Shown here one piece after another: positions 17,301 through 23,389 of a stretch of 64,000 nt of DNA. The stretch spans positions 32,001-96,000 of the IMG/VR virus record IMGVR_UViG_3300050821_001428, one strand, 5' to 3'. Within the stretch, counting starts at the first letter, position 1. Each line of letters starts with the position of its first letter. The position numbers and the translations under genes are program-made. Origin of the DNA: a virus. The notes below the pieces were generated by a model. It had not been told where the DNA came from. It made no database searches and was given only the letters and a program-made list of their open reading frames with translations.

Positions 17301-17379
17301 CAGTTCGATGACCACTGGTACACAATTAAGGTACGTCAATTTAGCAAACTGATGCAATCGGCCTCTCTGCCAACCTTCC
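17301..17379 (-). pseudogene. tRNA-Ser(GCT) 5' remnant
   Basis: GGAAGGTTGGCAGAGAGGCCGATTGCA-TCAGT-TTGCTAA-ATTGA plus variable arm; T arm and acceptor 3' strand are destroyed. Confidence 0.7.
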
Positions 17380-17383
17380 AATA

Positions 17384-18046
17384 CTATACTTCAATCATTA
17401 CCGGTGAATTAAGCGGTTGGTAACGTGCATCCATTATAGCAACATTCCAAACTTCGGTTTCGCCTAATTCGTAATGGCCGAATCCTTCATGAATATGCCC
17501 ACAAATGACATGCTTAGGTTTAATATCCCTAATCATCATGTCACACTGTGCCGATCCCACATGAGGATGTAGTGCGCTGATAACCTTGTCCGCTACTCCA
17601 TAAGGAGGTCCGTGGGTTATAACTACATCCGTATCGGTATCTACGGCCTTATACTTCTCGCTTAGAGTAGCATTATCTCCGTAAAACGCCCAACCCTTTA
17701 GATTGGGAACCCATGGAATACCATAGAATCGAATATCATCTACAATGATAGCCTCATCCTCAAGATAAGTCCATCCTACATCGTAGGTAGTGTCCTTTGC
17801 ATCACCAAATACTGCGTATCTATTCTCCAGAGCGAAATCATGGTTACCAGCGATTACCAATCGGTGTTTTGCTGGCATTTTCATGGTCCAGTCTGAAAAT
17901 TCATTTCTAATCCAACTAGTACAACGATCGGTATCACGATCGTACCGAATCGGACTAATATCCCCCGCTACCACCAGAATATCGGATTCTGGAACCGCTA
18001 CAGGCAAATAGCCATGTAGATCCGAAAGAGCACAAATTGTTGTCAT
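17384..18046 (-). CDS. Calcineurin-like metallophosphoesterase
   Basis: SDLHG, AGD, GNHD, THGPP and GHIHE motifs. Confidence 0.9.
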   Translation of the reverse strand: MTTICALSDLHGYLPVAVPESDILVVAGDISPIRYDRDTDRCTSWIRNEFSDWTMKMPAKHRLVIAGNHDFALENRYAVFGDAKDTTYDVGWTYLEDEAIIVDDIRFYGIPWVPNLKGWAFYGDNATLSEKYKAVDTDTDVVITHGPPYGVADKVISALHPHVGSAQCDMMIRDIKPKHVICGHIHEGFGHYELGETEVWNVAIMDARYQPLNSPVMIEV

Positions 18047-18057
18047 TTTTCCTTAAG

Positions 18058-18427
18058 TGGACCTGCTCGCATCGAAGCGAGGTGGCCCGTAATCGTCATC
18101 AGAGATTTAGTATAGCATCTTTCTAGGACAAGAGTTACTTCAAGGACAAGCAGAGCTTGTCTCCACCAACTTAGTCTACATCTTAGGGGCGACTAGTAAC
18201 CCCGATTCCTATGCTTCTGTTGACAGGTGCATAGACCCCGTTCTGGCTATTTAAGCAAGAACAGAAAGAACTTCACTTGCACGGATCTCGCTCTTTGCAG
18301 AGAAAGCGCCAGCAGGGATGTTCATAGGACGATATGATTCGCCAGTTAATTGTTTTGCGAGATTTAGGTGTCTCAAAACCGATGCAATTCTTAATTCGTT
18401 TTTACGAGATCGAAACCTTTCAGGCCC
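18058..18427 (-). ncRNA. ssrA: tmRNA
   Basis: 5' GGGCCTGAAAGGTTTCGA; 3' T arm CTCGC-TTCGAT-GCGAG then CAGGTCC-A (G3-U70, Ala identity). Tag frame after TTAACT at 18343-18251. Confidence 0.88.
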
Positions 18428-18462
18428 GTTGAAGAGAGGCAGCTTGTAATTGTAATTTGCTA

Positions 18463-18882
18463 TCATTTTTTACGTTGGTCGATACGTCTACACTCTTTGC
18501 ATTTATGTCTAGGTCTAAATGACCCATCTTTATTTGGCTCAGTATGTAAACTAAAATTATCCACAGGCAAAAATTGCTGATGCCCATGACACCACCACAT
18601 CCCTTCGGGATAATTGTTTTTATGTGGTGCTTGATTTCTTTTAATATTACAATTAAGATGTGAAAATGCAATGTTATCTAAATCCCAAAATAGATCATCA
18701 GGATTTTGAAGCCAAGGGATTTTGTGTTCAACAGATAATTCCTGAGCACACTCAATCGGTTTTTCACATACAAAACAAATATCTCTTCCGCTCTGTTGTA
18801 CAAGTTGGAAAAATATTTGTTTTCTGAGTCGAGCATAGGCAGTTGTAGTATACATACCTAACATGCTACGATAGCGTTCCAA
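18463..18882 (-). CDS. HNH endonuclease (start uncertain)
   Basis: CFVC...LSVEHKIPW...LDNIAFSHLNCN plus C-terminal Zn finger. The in-frame upstream ATG (18903) is followed by AAA TAA. Confidence 0.7.
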   Translation of the reverse strand: MERYRSMLGMYTTTAYARLRKQIFFQLVQQSGRDICFVCEKPIECAQELSVEHKIPWLQNPDDLFWDLDNIAFSHLNCNIKRNQAPHKNNYPEGMWWCHGHQQFLPVDNFSLHTEPNKDGSFRPRHKCKECRRIDQRKK

Positions 18883-18917
18883 AGATTTAGATTCTTATTT
18901 CATCATCTATTATATCT

Positions 18918-19008
18918 ATGGACTATTACATTTCTGTAACTATAACGGTCCTAAGTAGAAATCCTACCTACACGGTAATAGCGTAACATAACTTCGAACG
19001 CTGCCCAT
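18918..19008 (-). ncRNA. Putative small RNA with a loop complementary to 23S rRNA helix 69
   Basis: Nested stems AUGGGC/GUCCAU, UAUUAC/GUAAUA, AUUUCU/AGAAAU. The loop contains the reverse complement of GTAACTATAACGGTCCTAAG (18936-18955). Confidence 0.6.
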
Positions 19009-19024
19009 TTTTGCTACCTCTCAG

Positions 19025-19096
19025 TAGACAGAGAGGGATTCGAACCCTCAACCTCCCGCATGTCAAGCGGGTGCGCTACCATTGCGCTATCCGTCT
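19025..19096 (-). tRNA. tRNA-Val(GAC)
   Basis: CCCGC-TTGACAT-GCGGG arm. Confidence 0.9.
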
Positions 19097-19112
19097 GATT
19101 ACTACTTGTAAG

Positions 19113-19185
19113 TACCCAATCTGTGAATCGAACACAGTCAATAGGGGCATGTAAAGCCCTTGCCGTCCCATCTGGCTCATCGGGT
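19113..19185 (-). tRNA. tRNA-Val(TAC)
   Basis: GGGC-TTTACAT-GCCC arm. Confidence 0.9.
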
Positions 19186-19305
19186 ATGGTGGGCAAGCAA
19201 GCTTTTGAACTACACTTGCCCTTGGCCGCATCCGGGAGGATTTCAACCTCGCCTACAGAACTAAATCGGATGCTTTATTGAGGGTGGGTGGTCCCCCATC
19301 CTCAG

Positions 19306-19377
19306 CGGTTCTAGAGAGAATTGAACTCTCGTATGAGGCTTGACAAGCCCCCGTAATATCCACTATACGATAGAACC
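19306..19377 (-). tRNA. tRNA-Asp(GTC)
   Basis: GGGGC-TTGTCAA-GCCTC arm. Confidence 0.9.
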
Positions 19378-19386
19378 TAATTGTAA

Positions 19387-19457
19387 CACCCCATCAAGGT
19401 AACGCTCCCTGGTCTTCGGGTTTGGAAGCCGACGTTTTGCTATTAAACTAATGAGGT
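19387..19457 (-). tRNA. tRNA-Trp(CCA)
   Basis: Loop TTCCAAA, atypical T loop AGCGTTA, G73. Confidence 0.75.
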
Positions 19458-19839
19458 TTTAAGAGGCCAAGACCATAGGTAATCTACCTTCCAAGCACTA
19501 CCTGGGTCTTAATGACCTACAGTAATAATAAACACTGATCGCACCCCTGAGTAGCAGTCAATAAGGAATTGTCCACATAGTGCCAGCTATATAGGTTTCA
19601 GAGAATACAGCCCTGGCAGGCTAATCTCTTGCGATGGCGAGTTATGTACTGGTCGCCACAGTAAGACTGCATTCGGATTTGAGCCGAAATGCGCTACCCA
19701 TCGTAGCATGCAGCCGAAAAATAAGTAGGCATCCTCTGTTCTAGACCAGAGCCTTTTGGTTATTCTTGAGCGCCTATGTCAAGGTTTTCCATATCTAGGA
19801 CTTTAAACCGACAGAGCTTTTCCCTTGAACCTACTTATA

Positions 19840-19911
19840 AGCCAACTATGAGAGTCGAACTCATTCTTTCTACTTACGGGGTAGACGTGCTTCCGTTGGC
19901 ACTCAGTTGGC
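19840..19911 (-). tRNA. tRNA-Thr(CGT)
   Basis: TCTAC-CCCGTAA-GTAGA arm (C33). Confidence 0.85.
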
Positions 19912-19920
19912 GGCGGGCTA

Positions 19921-19993
19921 TCAGAGATGAGAGATTTGAACTCCCGATAAATGCTCCCAAAGCACTTGTGTTACCAGACTACACTAATCTCTG
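19921..19993 (-). tRNA. tRNA-Pro(TGG)
   Basis: AGTGC-TTTGGGA-GCATT arm. Confidence 0.9.
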
Positions 19994-20226
19994 TTTTGGT
20001 CCCAATGTATCGCCCTATTGGCTTGACGACTCCTAGAACATTGGGACCATAGACCCATACCGAAAGGTATAAAATAGGGCCTATTTCGTTATATAGGTGC
20101 TATATAAGGTTGGGTGGAGAATTACCTCACTCGCTTACTCGCTACTTGTTCGCGACAGGCAAAACCCCAACTTTATACGTGAATTTCGTTGGCAACCTGT
20201 TACTTTCACTTTCTTCTAATGACCCA

Positions 20227-20255
20227 TGGAAGATAAGGGAGTCGAACCCCTTCGC
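20227..20255 (-). pseudogene. 3' half of an interrupted tRNA-Ala
   Basis: AGGGG-TTCGACT-CCCTT-ATCTTCC-A; pairs with the GGGGGAT 5' half starting at 21164. Confidence 0.65.
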
Positions 20256-20294
20256 ACACTAATTAATATCTTAGTCCCCATCATAAATAGATAG

Positions 20295-20371
20295 TGGAGG
20301 ATATCGGATTCGAACCGATGCAAAAACCCACGGTGCAAACGTAGTGCTCTCCCAAACTGAGCTAATCCCCC
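20295..20371 (-). tRNA. tRNA-Ala(TGC)
   Basis: CTACG-TTTGCAC-CGTGG arm, G3-U70. Confidence 0.9.
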
Positions 20372-20388
20372 AAGAAGGATAATAAAAA

Positions 20389-21120
20389 ATGAAAATTAAA
20401 ACTGTTGAAGTTGTTTGTGATGGTTGTGGTCAACTTTTTGACCGATATATAGGCGAAGTAAAACGTTCTCAACGCAAACATATGAAAATGTATTGCGCGC
20501 AATCTTGCACAGCAAGATATCGTGTCCGACCCATTACTATACACGAACCTAATGTAATCTGCGCCCATTGTAATAAAGCATTTTACAAAAACCCCTCATC
20601 TTTGAGTAATTCAAAATCTGGCTTATTCTTCTGTTGTCGGGAGCACAAAGATATATCGCAACGTATAGGTAATTTACACGCGATACGGGAGATAATGCCC
20701 AATCATTATGGAACAGATCCCAATAAAAATATTAATTATAGAAAACTTGCTTTCGATCATTTACCTAATGAATGTGAAATTTGTCAATGGAAGGAATATC
20801 CCAATGTTTTAATTGTTCATCACAAAGATCGAAACAGGAATAATAATGTCCTCGAAAATTTACAAATTATTTGTCCAACACATCATGATGTAGACCATTA
20901 TTTACAAAAGGATGGACGCTTTACAACAGGACGCCGTCATACCGGAATCAATCGCTCTCAAATCAAATGGCCACCCATTCCTTGGCTTTTAGAACGTTCT
21001 AATCAAATTGGAGTCCGTCAGACCGCGCTTGAGATTAATGTATCAGATACTGGTTTACGTCACTATTTACGTAGAAATGGTATTGACCCACCAGATTTTC
21101 GAGGTAGAAAACATACATAA
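20389..21120 (+). CDS. HNH homing endonuclease with Zn-finger N-terminus (inverted relative to tRNA array)
   Basis: CEICQW...LIVHHKDRNRNNNVLENLQIICPTHH; SD AAGGA upstream. Confidence 0.85.
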   Translation: MKIKTVEVVCDGCGQLFDRYIGEVKRSQRKHMKMYCAQSCTARYRVRPITIHEPNVICAHCNKAFYKNPSSLSNSKSGLFFCCREHKDISQRIGNLHAIREIMPNHYGTDPNKNINYRKLAFDHLPNECEICQWKEYPNVLIVHHKDRNRNNNVLENLQIICPTHHDVDHYLQKDGRFTTGRRHTGINRSQIKWPPIPWLLERSNQIGVRQTALEINVSDTGLRHYLRRNGIDPPDFRGRKHT

Positions 21121-21164
21121 TCCTGCGTGCAAAGCAGGTGTGTTCCCATTAGCACTAATCCCCC
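21121..21164 (-). pseudogene. 5' half of an interrupted tRNA-Ala(TGC)
   Basis: GGGGGATTAGTGCTAATGGGAACACA-CCTGC-TTTGCAC-GCAGG, ending exactly at the HNH stop codon. Confidence 0.75.
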
Positions 21165-21168
21165 TAAG

Positions 21169-21241
21169 TACCACCTCTGGGATTCGAACCCAGACTTGTA
21201 CGCTCCTAAGGCGTATGCCTCTGCCGTTGGGCTAAGGTGGC
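21169..21241 (-). tRNA. tRNA-Leu(TAG), short variable arm
   Basis: TACGC-CTTAGGA-GCGTA arm; 73 nt. Confidence 0.85.
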
Positions 21242-21247
21242 TAATAT

Positions 21248-21934
21248 TCAATTTTCAATCTTCGTTACTTTAATACCAAGTTGACCCGCTTGATATCGCA
21301 TTTTAACATAAGTATGAGCGTTTGTCAAGCTTACTCCAGATTTTATCGCACCATGGAGACTTTTATGGTGCTGACGACAAATCGGTACAACATCTTCAAA
21401 TTTTTCATGCCCTAATCTTACATATGTATGGTGATGTAAATCATATGATTCATCCCCACATACGAAACAAAACTTTAATGTTCCACTATTAGCAACATAG
21501 GCTGTTTTAAATTCTTTCCAATGATCCGAATCGAGATATTCTTTATATTCCTCTCTAGTCATTGAGGGTGGACACACAGCTACTTGTGCTGCTGCGGCAC
21601 GCCTGCGCTTTAAGCTTTTTTCATGTACTACAGGAAAAAATGCTAATTTTTTAGCACGGGTAGTGTGTCTACGCCTGCTGCGATTCTTCATTTTACTTAC
21701 TTGTAAAGGGCTTTTATATGGATGTTTGGAGATTTCCTCCAAAACTAACATACGTAGTTCTTTAGGCACATCCATAATATCTACATGAATCATACATGTA
21801 GATTCACGATACAGCGAATCTACATGCTTTGGAGCAAAAATCACCAAGGGACGCTCGCGCCCGCATGTTTTGCAATATTTGCTTTTCTTAGTAGGGATAA
21901 ATGATTTACTCATAATCAAAATTCCTATGCTCAT
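21248..21934 (-). CDS. HNH endonuclease
   Basis: YLDSDHW...CFVCG...DLHHHTYVRLGHE..EDVVPICRQHH. Confidence 0.75.
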   Translation of the reverse strand: MSIGILIMSKSFIPTKKSKYCKTCGRERPLVIFAPKHVDSLYRESTCMIHVDIMDVPKELRMLVLEEISKHPYKSPLQVSKMKNRSRRRHTTRAKKLAFFPVVHEKSLKRRRAAAAQVAVCPPSMTREEYKEYLDSDHWKEFKTAYVANSGTLKFCFVCGDESYDLHHHTYVRLGHEKFEDVVPICRQHHKSLHGAIKSGVSLTNAHTYVKMRYQAGQLGIKVTKIEN

Positions 21935-22009
21935 TTAAGGAATCGAACCTTACTGTCATAAAGATACGGATTTACAGTCCGCTACCAACACCAGTTGGAC
22001 ATAATGAGC
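21928..22009 (-). tRNA. tRNA-Tyr(GTA)
   Basis: GCGGA-CTGTAAA-TCCGT arm. Confidence 0.9.
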
Positions 22010-22161
22010 TAATTTGAATTGAGAATCTGTGCTCGGCGCGACCATAGTAATTTGTGGAATACACCCACCCAGAGGGGAATTGACCACTATCACAGACCAT
22101 AACCTCAATCCTATGTTTTCTTTCTGACTCTAGTTTAGCACATCGCTTCACCTTTATCAAA

Positions 22162-22234
22162 CACCCACTGAGGGATTCGAACCCCCAATCTAGACCTTAG
22201 AACGATCTTGCCTTATCCATTGGGCTAAGTGGGC
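22162..22234 (-). tRNA. tRNA-Arg(TCT)
   Basis: AGATC-GTTCTAA-GGTCT arm. Confidence 0.85.
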
Positions 22235-22303
22235 TTATGTCTTCCAACGTTCAACAAGTATAACACACTGCTCTACAAATAACAAGAGCCAGATTTTCAT
22301 CTG

Positions 22304-22339
22304 GCCCCTACGATAACAATTGATGTTTATCGTAGGGGC
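22304..22339. terminator. Strong hairpin (terminator or processing stem)
   Basis: GCCCCTACGATAA / TTATCGTAGGGGC 13-bp inverted repeat. Confidence 0.5.
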
Positions 22340-22459
22340 TTACGAGGCGAAAGCACCCTTAATAGGTAGTTGCACTTCGTAATTAACTCTGGTTAAAACT
22401 GTCATCTTACTAATTGTATAGTAAGACTCAAATAAAAACTAAACACATTGGCAAAATTT

Positions 22460-22705
22460 TTATCTATAATATTTTACACACATTCCATCAAACACAAGGG
22501 TACCAAGTGGGTCCCCTTCTGTAGTTAGATTTATAACACCATCGATAGTGATAAATTTTCCTGCGTTTATCAACTCCGAAGCGGCAATCATTAGTCTAGC
22601 TATATCTTCTATATCGTCTCGATCTAGAGGCACCGGTGTAGTCACATCGGGATATACATTGGGATATAATATAATAGGTGCTTCTGTCATTGTATGATCT
22701 AGCAA
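22460..22705 (-). CDS. Hypothetical protein
   Basis: 81-aa ORF in operon context. Confidence 0.5.
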   Translation of the reverse strand: MLDHTMTEAPIILYPNVYPDVTTPVPLDRDDIEDIARLMIAASELINAGKFITIDGVINLTTEGDPLGTLVFDGMCVKYYR

Positions 22706-22715
22706 TTCTTCACTT

Positions 22716-23161
22716 TCAAAAGTTTCTGTTGTGTTTATAGGGACGGTTTCGATTCTTCTCTAGCTTAGCAGATATCTCTCTATCAATATCGACTTCGTTT
22801 AGATATGCGTAGTCTAGCATACGGATCAACACATCTGCAACTTCTTCATCGTGTTCTGCTAGCGAAGCTTCGATTGTTTCAATAATCTCCGATATAACCA
22901 AGAGCAACTTGACATTATGATAAGCCCGATCATTAGGTTGCACCATACGATCCAGATTGGGAGTAAAATTAGGATTTTTACGAAGAGCTTCAAACCCTTG
23001 GACAATGATACTAAATCTGCCAGACATAGCTGTGCCGTAATGCATACATCTTCTGGGAGGTCTTCGTGGAATCCGTGATCATCATTAATCTGGCCGATTT
23101 CTTCTGCTAATCGGCCCAACGAGGAATCTCGCAATATTTGTACTGCTCGACTCCTCCTCAT
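22716..23161 (-). CDS. MazG-like nucleotide pyrophosphohydrolase, split by a -1 frameshift
   Basis: N-part (INDDHGFHED) and C-part (SEIIETIEA...EEVADVLIRMLD...KLEKNRNRPYKH) lie in overlapping frames. Confidence 0.75.
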
Positions 23162-23346
23162 GCCAACATTTGCCCATGATCTTTACATTTATACGTACCA
23201 TCTTTGAGCACCCGTAGATTCTTGCCACACGAATGATAATTATGATCATCCGGTCCTATGTTAGCCATACAGGTACGTCTACTGCTTACTTCGTCGTAAA
23301 TTACATACGCTAGGGGAGTACCGTCGACGGCTGAATAATTTTTCAT
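23158..23346 (-). CDS. Small hypothetical Zn-binding protein
   Basis: 62 aa, C..C..CxxH; directly after a consensus promoter. Confidence 0.55.
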   Translation of the reverse strand: MKNYSAVDGTPLAYVIYDEVSSRRTCMANIGPDDHNYHSCGKNLRVLKDGTYKCKDHGQMLA

Positions 23347-23354
23347 CGCTAGAA

Positions 23355-23383
23355 ATTATAGCACTCCCCTAGATATCTGTCAA
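23355..23383 (-). promoter_or_regulatory. Sigma70/SigA consensus promoter
   Basis: TTGACA-17 nt-TATAAT with extended -10 TG. Confidence 0.85.
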
Positions 23384-23389
23384 GCTAGA

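Noticed and set aside
18251-18466. 71-aa ORF
   Set aside because: It is the tmRNA tag frame extended through the RNA.
18936-18964. rRNA gene fragment or engineered I-CeuI site
   Set aside because: The exact match stops at 20 nt, the I-CeuI site is incomplete, and the match is nested in local stems; kept as a finding instead.
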